From Geitlerinema sp. PCC 9228 (GTDB taxonomy: Bacteria > Cyanobacteriota > Cyanobacteriia > Cyanobacteriales > PCC-9228): a stretch of 32,000 bases of DNA. Shown here piece by piece: positions 1 through 8,432 of the stretch. The notes beneath the pieces were generated by a model. It saw only the letters and a list, made by a program, of their open reading frames with translations, did no database searches and was not told the DNA's origin. The stretch spans positions 5,157-37,156 of the forward strand of contig NZ_LNDC01000104.1 of the NCBI RefSeq assembly GCF_001870905.1. The letters are read 5' to 3'. A program made the translations under genes and the position numbers. Each line of letters begins with the position of its first letter. The first letter of the stretch is position 1.

Positions 1-655
1 TCTGTTGCCGGGAAACGACGACCTGGCACAGGCGTTGCTGGGTGACGATGCGATCGCTGCGATGAGGGGAAACGATACCCTCTACGGTAATGGCGGCAAT
101 GATACGTTGTTTGGCAATGGTGGCGATGATGTTTTGTATGGCAACGAACACGGCGATTGGCTGTTTGGCGGTCGCGATCGCGATTGGTTGTATGGGGAAG
201 GTGGCAGCGATGTTTTAATTGGCAATTTCGGTGAGGATACCCTGGCGGGAGGAGAGGCTGGCGATTGGTTGTTTGGCAATCAAGGGAATGATTCCCTGGC
301 TGGCGATACTGGCGGCGATATTTTGTTTGGCGGTCGCGATGGGGATATCTTGCTTGGCGGTGATGGCGACGATTGGCTTAGCGGCGATTTGGGAGATGAT
401 ACGCTGGTTGGTGGCGAAGGAAGCGATCGCTTTCGGTTGTTTGCTGGTAGCGGCGAAGATATAGTTACCGATTTTGCCGATAAGGAAGATATGTTTTTGC
501 TGGATGGCGGCTTGACGTTCGCACAATTAAGGATTTCCCAACAAGGAAATACCACTGCCATTGAAATTGCCGATACGGGAGAAATCTTGGCTTCTTTGAT
601 TGCTGTGGAGGCCAATACAATCGATGGTAGCGATTTTGCAACTGCCAATCTATAA
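1..655 (+). CDS. RTX / hemolysin-type calcium-binding repeat protein, C-terminal part (5' end outside window)
   Basis: The frame is open from the window edge to TAA at 653-655. It carries more than a dozen consecutive GGxGxDxL-type nonapeptide units (GNGGNDTLFGNGGDDVLYG ... GGDGDDWLSGDLGDDTLVGGEGSDRF), followed by a non-repetitive ~70 aa tail. Confidence 0.85.
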   Translation, partial: LLPGNDDLAQALLGDDAIAAMRGNDTLYGNGGNDTLFGNGGDDVLYGNEHGDWLFGGRDRDWLYGEGGSDVLIGNFGEDTLAGGEAGDWLFGNQGNDSLAGDTGGDILFGGRDGDILLGGDGDDWLSGDLGDDTLVGGEGSDRFRLFAGSGEDIVTDFADKEDMFLLDGGLTFAQLRISQQGNTTAIEIADTGEILASLIAVEANTIDGSDFATANL

Positions 656-740
656 AGCTTTTAGTGTTCTCCCCCTACATAGTTTAACTGTTTGCGTTCG
701 ATCTGATACCAAATCCGATGTGTACACACTACGAAAATTT

Positions 741-770
741 TGTCAGGTCGCTTCGCGAAGCAACCTGACA
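741..770 (+). repeat. 30-nt near-perfect palindrome (14/15 bp arms) centred on TTCGCGAA; hairpin core of a dispersed repeat family (copy C)
   Basis: TGTCAGGTCGCTTCGCGAAGCAACCTGACA has a single C/A mismatch. It shares the GCTTCGCGAAGC core and the downstream CCAG...CCAT...GAAATGG tail with the copies at 12464-12574 and 17571-17683. It lies between convergent genes. Confidence 0.7.
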
Positions 771-940
771 CCAGAAAATTTCCATGGATAAAATGGTGCG
801 TCTGTTTGAGGTGGATTTGCTATGAAATGGCTATACTGGCAAACCCAACCAAAAAATATAGAGAGGGTACATACAATCCCCTCTCTAAACTGCTACTTCC
901 TCTATCTTCAGCAATGGAATGGCAAATCTTGCCAAACCAA

Positions 941-1453
941 CTATTTAGCAGCTTGCCGAACGCATTTTTCCACTAAGGTCTTCACCTCTTCCATGCCTTT
1001 CCAACCTAGAATTTCCGTTTTCTTGTTTTCTAGGTTTTTGTAGGTGCGGAAAAACTCGGAAATTTCCTCCAAACGGTGGGAAGAAATCTGTTTGAGTTCG
1101 TTAATTTCTGCATAGCGGGGATCTTTGACGGGAACGCAGAGCAATTTCTCATCGCGATCGCCGTCGTCGATCATTTCCAACATGCCAATGGGTCTGGCGG
1201 CAATGACGCAACCAGGAAAGCTAGGCCAATCCATCAACACCAACCCATCCAAAGGATCGCCGTCATCGGCTAGGGTATTGGGAACAAAGCCGTAATCGGA
1301 AGGATACTGTACCGACGAGTACAGAACGCGGTCTAACGAGAAAGCCTGCAAATCTTTATCGTATTCGTATTTGTTTTTGCTGCCGCCAGGAATTTCAATT
1401 AAAACGTTGACAATGCCGGGTTTCGGCTGTGCCGGAATCTGCGATAAATCCAC
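941..1453 (-). CDS. ppa: inorganic pyrophosphatase (family I, soluble)
   Basis: [34 protein letters not shown]...[10 protein letters not shown] matches the canonical PPase N-terminus and DxDPxD metal site. I chose the GTG at 1453-1451 as start (170 aa, the usual size); the ATG-extended ORF reaches 1525. Confidence 0.9.
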   Translation of the reverse strand: MDLSQIPAQPKPGIVNVLIEIPGGSKNKYEYDKDLQAFSLDRVLYSSVQYPSDYGFVPNTLADDGDPLDGLVLMDWPSFPGCVIAARPIGMLEMIDDGDRDEKLLCVPVKDPRYAEINELKQISSHRLEEISEFFRTYKNLENKKTEILGWKGMEEVKTLVEKCVRQAAK

Positions 1454-1739
1454 TATGGTTTTCTCCACAAATAACCACACTACACAAGATAGGGAAACGG
1501 AATACAGACAGCAGAAAGCCAGCAACGAGCTGGAAACTGCTTTGGTTGCACGGCTTTTCTACATCCGCTCCCAGTAGCATTTTAGGGGATAGTGGTTGCA
1601 ACATATCCCCTGGAAGCGATTTTTGCTCAAAATCTTTTAATTGGCGATGGGTTGGTTCCCCTGTCCATTTACTATAACATCGCCGTTGAACCTCGAAATC
1701 CTGTTGGTTCGCTGTCACAACCGTAACGGGATTGTTGTA

Positions 1740-1925
1740 TTATTTGGCAACCCGACCGATGGGATAGGTCGTAGGCACAACTTCCTCCAAGCTGCCTCCT
1801 GAATAACGAGCAATGATAAAAGGGGGCAAAGTTAAAGTAAGAACAGCAATGAGAATCCCCAAAATTTCCGCGAATTTCTGAGGAGGCTGTTCTGAAGGAC
1901 TACCAGATGTACTATCTGCATCCAT
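1740..1925 (-). CDS. hypothetical small membrane protein (61 aa)
   Basis: ATG-to-stop ORF with one clear hydrophobic helix (ILGILIAVLTLTLPPFIIA). It does not overlap better genes. No family recognised. Confidence 0.3.
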   Translation of the reverse strand: MDADSTSGSPSEQPPQKFAEILGILIAVLTLTLPPFIIARYSGGSLEEVVPTTYPIGRVAK

Positions 1926-2218
1926 AAGAATTGGTTACGGTAATGACCCAGTAGGTTGAACGTCTAACTACTTATATCATAATCAATTTTCCCAAGCACT
2001 AGTACACTTTTCCGCCAGTACATCCCTATGTTTGTCTGCTAGGGATCGCTTTGGTGGCTGAAAACCAGCCTGCTAAGATGAAAGTGCAAGTTGATATACT
2101 TTAGTAACGAATTGCTAAAGGCGTCGCACGCCGCATGTCTAAAATTGCCAATTGTAGGGTGGTGGTGGAAAATATCAGGCAAACCAATAATCCATTGGGA
2201 TAATACACGAGGTCAATC

Positions 2219-3109
2219 ATGAGCGATCGCAAAAACAAGACACCTCTCATTGTCGGTGGCCTTTCTGCTGTTGCTGCCGCTGTTGTGGGTGGTACCTATG
2301 CCGTCATGCAATCTCCGCCGCCTGCTGAGAGTCCAAATACAACAGCGACTTCGACGCCTACTCCCCAGGTAGAACCAACCCCACAAGCGTCTCCCTCTCC
2401 CACTCCCCAGATGGAACCGACTCCCGCACCAACGCCGGAGGGAAAGACCACCCCCCAACCCACGCCAGAACCAGAACCAGAACCGCAACCGACGCCGGAA
2501 GCGTCTCCCACACCCACTCCTATCCCCGAGTCAATTCCCAATGCTAGCGAACCTTTGGCGATAGAACCGGAGGTGTGTCGGGTTACCCAAGGTATTATCT
2601 CTGATGCCAATCCTCCTACCAACGTTCGTTCGTCGCCGGAGGTGAAAGAAGGTAATGTGGTGGCTACCCTGGAAAATGGTAGCTATGTCACTATCCAAAA
2701 CCGGGAAGATGGATGGTTTCAGATTCGCCACAACGGTCAAGACCCCATTGAAGGTTGGGTTTCCCAAAATTTAACGGAAACTTCTTGTTCGCAAAAAGTA
2801 CAGCGGTTGAAATTTCCGCCGGGAACGGTGGCTATTCGCATCAGCGATCGCTTTGTTGGTACGGGGATTCACAAATATTTACTCAGTGCCCGCACCAACC
2901 AAGTGATGACCCTCATCAGTGAAGAAGGCCCCCTACCAAGAGTTTTCCCCCCCAACGACCCCAACCAACAACAGGAACTCACGGGAAATGCGGGAACACA
3001 AGGAAAAGAACGGGTGCAGTTCGAGCTACCAGCAACGGGAGACTACACCCTAGAGTATGATTCCAATTTCCGTGGTTACGAGTACGAAACGGTAATTCAA
3101 GTTAGGTGA
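2219..3109 (+). CDS. membrane-anchored Pro/Thr/Glu-rich protein with bacterial SH3 (SH3b)-like domain and an unassigned C-terminal domain
   Basis: N-terminal TM segment (PLIVGGLSAVAAAVVGGTYAV), a ~90 aa TPxP/EP low-complexity linker, then an SH3b-like segment (NVRSSPEVKEGNVVATLENGSYVTIQNREDGWFQIRHNG...GWVSQNL). Confidence 0.75.
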   Translation: MSDRKNKTPLIVGGLSAVAAAVVGGTYAVMQSPPPAESPNTTATSTPTPQVEPTPQASPSPTPQMEPTPAPTPEGKTTPQPTPEPEPEPQPTPEASPTPTPIPESIPNASEPLAIEPEVCRVTQGIISDANPPTNVRSSPEVKEGNVVATLENGSYVTIQNREDGWFQIRHNGQDPIEGWVSQNLTETSCSQKVQRLKFPPGTVAIRISDRFVGTGIHKYLLSARTNQVMTLISEEGPLPRVFPPNDPNQQQELTGNAGTQGKERVQFELPATGDYTLEYDSNFRGYEYETVIQVR

Positions 3110-3125
3110 AAGATTTTTTTTTCGT

Positions 3126-3581
3126 TTAGACGCCGCCGATTCCCCGTGCCATTAAAGCACCCAGTAAGGGGATAATCGCAAATCCCACCAACTCTACTTT
3201 GATGATATTGGCGATCCAATGGGCTTTTGCTTTGCCAATGCGGGGTGGATTGCCGTTTTGTAGGTCTTTTAACCACGACAAAAAAGTAATTGTTGGATAT
3301 AGGGACAGAAATCCTACGAAGAAAAATAAGCCAACTTTGGTCCAAAAGACGGGGTTGCTGGCATAAAAATCCGAACCTTTGCCAAAATAAAAAACGCGTA
3401 AGATGCCGGTAATCAAAACGGTCGTGGCCGACAAGCCGTATATGCCATCCGCGATCGCGACTTTTAACGCTTCGGGGGCACTTAGTTCTGGTTTGAAAGT
3501 TTGGTTTTCCACAGCCAAAGCTGCATAAATCAGCATGAAGCTCAAATAATGCAAATAAGCAACAACAGCGTTTTCCCACAT
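3126..3581 (-). CDS. conserved integral membrane protein, 4 predicted TM helices (DUF2214-like from memory)
   Basis: 151-aa ORF with four hydrophobic stretches. The competing 160-aa ORF in another frame is Arg/Cys-rich nonsense. The family name is recollection only. Confidence 0.7.
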   Translation of the reverse strand: MWENAVVAYLHYLSFMLIYAALAVENQTFKPELSAPEALKVAIADGIYGLSATTVLITGILRVFYFGKGSDFYASNPVFWTKVGLFFFVGFLSLYPTITFLSWLKDLQNGNPPRIGKAKAHWIANIIKVELVGFAIIPLLGALMARGIGGV

Positions 3582-3704
3582 GGTTATTTTTTACCTATTG
3601 GCGATACAATGTAACGAAAACTTTATGAAATATTGTATAGCATTTTGATTATATGGTTAAATTTTTATATTAGTTCCTTCCCAGATTGCCCCTCAGCGAG
3701 ACCC

Positions 3705-3732
3705 AAAAAAGCCCAGGGAAAGTTCCCCAGGC
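3705..3732 (-). terminator. Rho-independent terminator of purB
   Basis: On the minus strand: GCCUGGGG-AACUUU-CCCUGGGC (8 bp including 2 G-U) followed by UUUUUU, beginning 8 nt after the purB stop. Confidence 0.55.
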
Positions 3733-3739
3733 GGTCGGT

Positions 3740-5035
3740 CTAGATGCCCAAACGCTGGTAAACGGTTTCTAAATGCTGTAAGTGGTGTTTGGGGTCAAAA
3801 CAGGCTTCGATTTCCTCAGCAGAGAGATAGCTGGTGACTTGGGGGTCTTGGGAAATCAGTTGGTAGAAATTGCCCTCTGGTTGGTTCCATGCCTGGTGCG
3901 CGCAAGCTTGAACCGTACGGTAGGCATCTTCGCGACTCATGCCCTTGTCTACCAACGCCAGCAACACCCGTTGGCTGAAAATTACCCCGCCATAAACATT
4001 GAGATTGCGTTCCATGTTTTGGGGATAAACCAACAGATGTTTGATGAGATCGGCCGTTTCCACCAACATAAAGTGGGTCGCAATGCAAGCATCGGGTAAA
4101 ATGACCCGTTCGGTGGAACTGTGGGAAATATCCCGTTCGTGCCACAGAGCTACGTTTTCCAAGCCGGTGGTGGCATAGCCGCGCAGCAACCTGGCTAATC
4201 CGGTCAAGCGTTCCGAACGGATGGGATTGCGTTTGTGGGGCATGGCGGAAGAGCCTTTTTGCCCTTTGGCGAAAAATTCTTCTACTTCCAAAACGTCGGT
4301 ACGCTGCAAGTTGCGGATTTCTACGGCAAATCGTTCCATGGAGGCACCTAGCAGGGCTAGTTGCTGTAAAAATTCTGCATGGCGATCGCGCGATACCACC
4401 TGGGTGGAAGCCATATCCGGTTCTAGTTCTAATTTTTGACAGGCGATCGCTTCGATGCGGGGATCGATATTGGCATAAGTTCCCACTGCCCCGGAAATTT
4501 TTCCCGTGGCAATGCAAGGGCGCAAATGTACCAAGCGATCGCGGTGGCGCAGCATCTCCGACATCCACCCAGCGAGTTTAAACCCAAACGTAATGGGTTC
4601 GGCATGGATGCCATGGGAACGACCCACCATCACCGTATAGCGGTGTTGCTGTGCCTGATAGCGAATGGCTTGGATCAGATCTTCCAAGCGTTCTAAAATA
4701 AGATTCAAGCTCGCCACCAACTGCAAAGCCAAAGCCGTATCGAGCATATCGGAACTGGTCATGCCCAAGTGAATGTACCGCCCGGCATCGCCTACATATT
4801 CGTTTACATTGGTGAGAAAGGCAATAACATCGTGGCGCACTTCCGCTTCGATCTCTTTGACGCGCTCGGGATCGAAGTGGGCTTTTTGTTTGATTTCTCG
4901 CACGGCTGCCTCGGGGATATATCCCAGTTCTGCTTGGGCTTCGCACACGGCAATCTCTACTTGCAGCCAAGTTTTGAGCTTGTACTCTTGGGTCCACAAT
5001 TCGCCCATTTCGGGCAAGGTATAACGTTCTATCAA
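3740..5035 (-). CDS. purB: adenylosuccinate lyase
   Basis: 431 aa. The MIERYTLPEMGELWTQEYKLKTWLQVE N-terminus and the fumarate-lyase signature region GSSAMPHKRNP are typical of PurB. Confidence 0.95.
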   Translation of the reverse strand: MIERYTLPEMGELWTQEYKLKTWLQVEIAVCEAQAELGYIPEAAVREIKQKAHFDPERVKEIEAEVRHDVIAFLTNVNEYVGDAGRYIHLGMTSSDMLDTALALQLVASLNLILERLEDLIQAIRYQAQQHRYTVMVGRSHGIHAEPITFGFKLAGWMSEMLRHRDRLVHLRPCIATGKISGAVGTYANIDPRIEAIACQKLELEPDMASTQVVSRDRHAEFLQQLALLGASMERFAVEIRNLQRTDVLEVEEFFAKGQKGSSAMPHKRNPIRSERLTGLARLLRGYATTGLENVALWHERDISHSSTERVILPDACIATHFMLVETADLIKHLLVYPQNMERNLNVYGGVIFSQRVLLALVDKGMSREDAYRTVQACAHQAWNQPEGNFYQLISQDPQVTSYLSAEEIEACFDPKHHLQHLETVYQRLGI

Positions 5036-5117
5036 CGCCTAACTTCCACAAATACTCCTAAGCTATTTTAGGGAAAAATCCATCGAGTTGAAAGCCACCT
5101 TTTTGGGGATTGGGCAC

Positions 5118-5146
5118 AAAAACGAAAAGACGGCCTCAGCCGCCGT
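5118..5146 (-). terminator. candidate Rho-independent terminator (ends sufR read-through or an sRNA)
   Basis: On the minus strand: ACGGC-GGCUGAG-GCCGU followed by CUUUUCGUUUUU. The stem is short (5 bp) but all-strong. Confidence 0.4.
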
Positions 5147-5307
5147 GGGTTCGTTTTGGCTTGTCCACTCCCGCAACTTCTGCTATCCTTGGCAGGATGG
5201 CCCCAGGGATTTGCCTCAAAAGGGTACACCGCTGTTGGCCAACTTCCTTGCTAGATGGCCAAGGTTGGTCTAACGTGGCCAGCGATCGCCTGCCATGGCC
5301 AGCCGTT
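5118..5307 (-). ncRNA. candidate ~190-nt structured RNA (or structured sufR 3' UTR), family unknown
   Basis: Perfect TATAAT on the minus strand at 5319-5314. The body is GC-rich and ORF-free. A long-range helix joins 5289-5303 to 5182-5196 (13/15 positions pair). There are internal 7-bp UUGGCCA/UGGCCAA hairpins and a terminal hairpin plus U-run. Confidence 0.3.
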
Positions 5308-5373
5308 ACATTTATTATAAATATTTATTTTTGACCAAAATAAAAGTTAAGCAACCTTAAATTACCAGTTACC

Positions 5374-6069
5374 TCAATTTTCGTCAGATTGGCGGGGTTG
5401 GATGGAATAGCCGCAACGATGTTCGCCATCAATTTGCCAGTGGGTGCGTTCCACCGTACAGTCGGGCAAAACTTGGGCAAACATGTCTAGTTCGTGCTTG
5501 CAAACCGAGGGAAACGAAGCGGCGACACTGGAAATGGCACAATTGTATTCGGTGACCATGTAATGGTTGGATTCTTCCTCGTTGTCGCTGTCAAGGGGAT
5601 AGTATTCCGCCATGAAACCTTCTTGGCGGCGCAACTCCACCAAGCGACGCAACCGTTCCGGCAGGGACGCATTGCCCAACTGCTGGCGGTAGTGCTGGGC
5701 TTTGCGTTCCCACTGCTTGCGCAGCAACCAACCAACTTGGTCGGGGCCCACCGTATCCGCTAAAGTATCTAATAGGGAGACAGCAAAGCCATCGTAGTTG
5801 TGGGGAAAGCGATCGCGCCCTCTAGAGGTGAGTTCGTAGACATGCTGCGGACGCCCCATCCCCGACTGTACCAGTTGGTGTTGGATTAACGCTTCGTCTT
5901 CTAGGTCTTTTAAGTGCCGCCGAATCGCTTGGGGACTAATTTCCAAAGCATTGGCTAGTTCGCGAGCGTTGGCACGACCTTCTTTAAGTAGATATTGGAG
6001 GATATCGGTCTTTGTGGAACTTGGCTCCGCCTGCCTTTGATTGCCTTCGGGGGGGACTTTGGTACTCAT
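5374..6069 (-). CDS. sufR: SufR, iron-sulfur cluster biogenesis transcriptional repressor
   Basis: N-terminal winged-HTH (ILQYLLKEGRANARELANALEISPQAIRRHLKDLE) and the C-terminal C-X12-C-X13-C-X14-C cysteine motif (counted in the translation). It is divergent from the suf operon. Confidence 0.9.
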   Translation of the reverse strand: MSTKVPPEGNQRQAEPSSTKTDILQYLLKEGRANARELANALEISPQAIRRHLKDLEDEALIQHQLVQSGMGRPQHVYELTSRGRDRFPHNYDGFAVSLLDTLADTVGPDQVGWLLRKQWERKAQHYRQQLGNASLPERLRRLVELRRQEGFMAEYYPLDSDNEEESNHYMVTEYNCAISSVAASFPSVCKHELDMFAQVLPDCTVERTHWQIDGEHRCGYSIQPRQSDEN

Positions 6070-6128
6070 GGTTGTTTCCTCCTGGGCCGTTTTCCACTGA
6101 TACTGTAAAAAATTTTCCTTGACTTTGA

Positions 6129-6142
6129 CAACATGCTTGTTG
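6129..6142. promoter_or_regulatory. SufR-type operator 1, CAAC-N6-GTTG
   Basis: CAACATGCTTGTTG lies in the sufR/ftrC-sufB divergent spacer and overlaps TTGACT/TTGACA -35-like hexamers at 6119-6130. Confidence 0.65.
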
Positions 6143-6169
6143 CTAAACTACGCTACAAATAGAGTTAGA

Positions 6170-6183
6170 CAACAAACATGTTG
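6170..6183. promoter_or_regulatory. SufR-type operator 2, CAAC-N6-GTTG
   Basis: CAACAAACATGTTG (arms extend to ACAAC/GTTGT), 41 nt from operator 1. Confidence 0.65.
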
Positions 6184-6401
6184 TTTAAATTATAGGTCAT
6201 CGACTTGGACCCTGTTGGGGCTATCCCCACCAACCAATGGGTACGAACTCCGAATAGACAGCAATTGTGACCAATCGTTGCTTTCCCAGCATCTAGAAAA
6301 AAAAAGGAGGAAAAAACGATCGAAAAGTAGCACACCGCCAACATTGGGGTCCAAGTCCCTAATAAACTGAAAATTGGCAACCTTTTATACAGAGATCGGT
6401 T

Positions 6402-6776
6402 ATGACACAGCCAAACGAAGGTCCCAAACAAGCCAGCGAAAAAAACCTGGAAGCCATGCGTAAGTTTTCCGAAACCTACGCCAAACGGAGCGGCACCTAC
6501 TTCTGTGCCGATCCCAGCATCACCGCTGTAGTGATCGAAGGCTTGGCCAAGCACAAGGAAGAACTTGGGGCCCCCTTGTGCCCTTGCCGCCACTACGAAG
6601 ACAAAGAAGCCGAAGTGGCAGCGGCCTATTGGAACTGTCCTTGCGTCCCCATGCGCGAACGTAAGGAATGTCACTGCATGTTATTCTTAACACCCGATAA
6701 TGATTTTGCCGGCGATCGCCAAGATATTACCACCGAGGAAATTCGCAGTACCACCAACCAATACGCCGCTCAATAA
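6402..6776 (+). CDS. ftrC: ferredoxin-thioredoxin reductase, catalytic (beta) subunit
   Basis: CPC-X16-CPC-X8-CHC cysteine pattern (CPCRHYEDKEAEVAAAYWNCPCVPMRERKECHC), which ligates the [4Fe-4S] cluster and forms the redox disulfide. 124 aa. Confidence 0.9.
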   Translation: MTQPNEGPKQASEKNLEAMRKFSETYAKRSGTYFCADPSITAVVIEGLAKHKEELGAPLCPCRHYEDKEAEVAAAYWNCPCVPMRERKECHCMLFLTPDNDFAGDRQDITTEEIRSTTNQYAAQ

Positions 6777-6839
6777 TTTTTCCTGGCTGCCTCGGGAAAT
6801 TCCGCAATTGTTTCGTCTACCTTAAGAGCAAAGAAACCT

Positions 6840-8276
6840 ATGACTGCAACGGTACAAAATCTCGTCAATCAACCCTACAAATACGGTTTCGTTACCGACA
6901 TCGAAGCGGAAACCGTTCCCAAAGGTCTTAACGAAGACATTGTCCGCGCCATTTCCGCCAAGAAAAACGAACCCGAATTCATGCTGGACTTCCGGCTGAA
7001 AGCCTATCGGAAATGGTTGCAAATGGAAGAACCCGATTGGTCGCGGATTCAGCACCGTCCCATCGACTTCCAAGATATCGTTTACTATTCCGCACCCAAG
7101 AAAAAAGAACAAAAACAAAGCCTGGACGAAGTGGATCCACAACTGCTGGAGACCTTTGAGAAACTAGGGATTCCGCTTTCCGAACAAAAGCGTCTGAGCA
7201 ACGTTGCCGTAGATGCCATTTTTGACAGCGTTTCCGTTGCCACCACATTTCGGGAAAAACTAGCCGAACACGGCGTCATCTTCTGCTCGATTTCCGAGGC
7301 GTTACAGGAATATCCCGAGTTGGTGGAAAAATACATTGGCAGCGTGGTTCCCACCGGAGATAACTTCTTCGCCGCTTTGAACTCCGCTGTTTTCAGCGAT
7401 GGTTCCTTCGTATACGTTCCCAAAGGGGTCACCTGTCCCATGGAACTGTCCACCTACTTCCGCATGAACAACGACGAGTCCGGACAGTTCGAGCGGACCC
7501 TGATTGTCGCCGAAGAAGGCAGCTCCGTCAGCTACCTAGAAGGTTGCACAGCCCCCATGTTCGACACCAACCAGTTGCACGCTGCCATTGTGGAACTGGT
7601 GGCTTTGGACAATGCGGAAATTAAATACTCCACCGTCCAAAACTGGTTTGCCGGCGACGAAAACGGCCAGGGCGGCATCTACAACTTTGTCACCAAACGG
7701 GGACTGTGCCAAGGCAAAAATTCCAAAATCTCTTGGACCCAAGTAGAAACGGGTTCTGCTGCCACCTGGAAATATCCCAGCTGTGTTTTGGTCGGCGATT
7801 GTTCCGTGGGCGAATTTTACTCGGTCGCCCTCACCAACAACTACCAGCAAGCCGACACCGGCACCAAAATGATCCATGTGGGTAAAAACACCCGCAGCAC
7901 GATTATTTCCAAAGGCATCTCTGCCGGTCATTCGGAAAACAGCTACCGCGGGTTGGTGAAAGTATTACCCAAAGCTGAAAACGCGCGCAACTACACCCAG
8001 TGCGATTCCATGCTCATTGGCAATACCACCCAAGCCAACACCTTCCCGTACATCGAGGTGCAAAACGACACCGCCAATGTAGAGCACGAAGCTTCTACCT
8101 CGAAAATCAGCGAGGAGCAACTGTTCTACCTGCAACAGCGGGGGATTTCCGCAGAAGATGCCGTTTCCATGGTTGTCAGCGGCTTCTGCAAAGATGTGTT
8201 CAACCAACTCCCCATGGAGTTTGCATCCGAAGCCGACAATCTCCTCGGTTTGAAGCTCGAAGGTACGGTAGGCTAG
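6840..8276 (+). CDS. sufB: Fe-S cluster assembly scaffold protein SufB
   Basis: 478 aa. The start ([22 protein letters not shown]) and end ([36 protein letters not shown]) are typical of SufB. First of a sufBCDS gene order. Confidence 0.95.
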   Translation: MTATVQNLVNQPYKYGFVTDIEAETVPKGLNEDIVRAISAKKNEPEFMLDFRLKAYRKWLQMEEPDWSRIQHRPIDFQDIVYYSAPKKKEQKQSLDEVDPQLLETFEKLGIPLSEQKRLSNVAVDAIFDSVSVATTFREKLAEHGVIFCSISEALQEYPELVEKYIGSVVPTGDNFFAALNSAVFSDGSFVYVPKGVTCPMELSTYFRMNNDESGQFERTLIVAEEGSSVSYLEGCTAPMFDTNQLHAAIVELVALDNAEIKYSTVQNWFAGDENGQGGIYNFVTKRGLCQGKNSKISWTQVETGSAATWKYPSCVLVGDCSVGEFYSVALTNNYQQADTGTKMIHVGKNTRSTIISKGISAGHSENSYRGLVKVLPKAENARNYTQCDSMLIGNTTQANTFPYIEVQNDTANVEHEASTSKISEEQLFYLQQRGISAEDAVSMVVSGFCKDVFNQLPMEFASEADNLLGLKLEGTVG

Positions 8277-8321
8277 GAAAACGCTAGCGGTTTTTTTGGA
8301 AGGAACCCGCCTGCCTATCTA

Positions 8322-8349
8322 GAAGGGTCTTTGCCCTGGAAGACCCTTC
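8322..8349 (+). other. 9-bp perfect inverted repeat (GAAGGGTCT-N10-AGACCCTTC) in the sufB-sufC spacer
   Basis: Read directly from the sequence. No U-run follows, so it is not a canonical terminator. Confidence 0.5.
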
Positions 8350-8432
8350 CCCTTCCTCTATGAATTCGATACCAGTGCAGGACTAGAAAAAATACTGAAG
8401 AAAAAACTCGTTTCGTTCAGGAACCAAGCCTA

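Noticed and set aside
30-430. 27-nt periodic repetition at the left edge
   Set aside because: It is explained by the RTX nonapeptide repeats in an open reading frame, so it is not a non-coding satellite.
1454-1525. ATG-extended N-terminus of ppa ([24 protein letters not shown]), which would give a hydrophobic, signal-anchor-like leader
   Set aside because: Soluble family I PPases of cyanobacteria start at the (M/V)DLS..IPAQP position. A GTG sits exactly there (1453-1451), so the extension is most likely untranslated.
2213-2622. Antisense ORFs of 91 and 108 aa opposite the Pro/Thr-rich linker
   Set aside because: The complement of CCN/ACN-rich coding sequence gives Gly/Trp/Val-rich open frames. 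There is no independent support.
3816-4568. 250-aa ORF and several 60-157 aa ORFs overlapping purB on both strands
   Set aside because: They are Arg/Pro/Ser/Gly-rich translations with no motifs, wholly inside a confidently identified gene. This is typical off-frame noise of GC-rich coding DNA.
5118-5307. Assignment of the putative RNA as 6S RNA (size ~190 nt, cyanobacterial 6S genes are reported near pur genes)
   Set aside because: The 5' end pairs with an internal segment rather than with the 3' end, leaving a ~35-nt tail plus terminator hairpin. I cannot draw the closing-stem/central-bubble fold. The linkage I recall is to purK, not purB. It is kept only as an unclassified candidate RNA.
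8277-8297. AAAACGCTAGCGGTTTTTTT after sufB as an intrinsic terminator
   Set aside because: The best stem is 5 bp, of which 4 are A-U. GCTAGC cannot fold with a 2-nt loop. A terminator here would also uncouple sufCDS from the operon.
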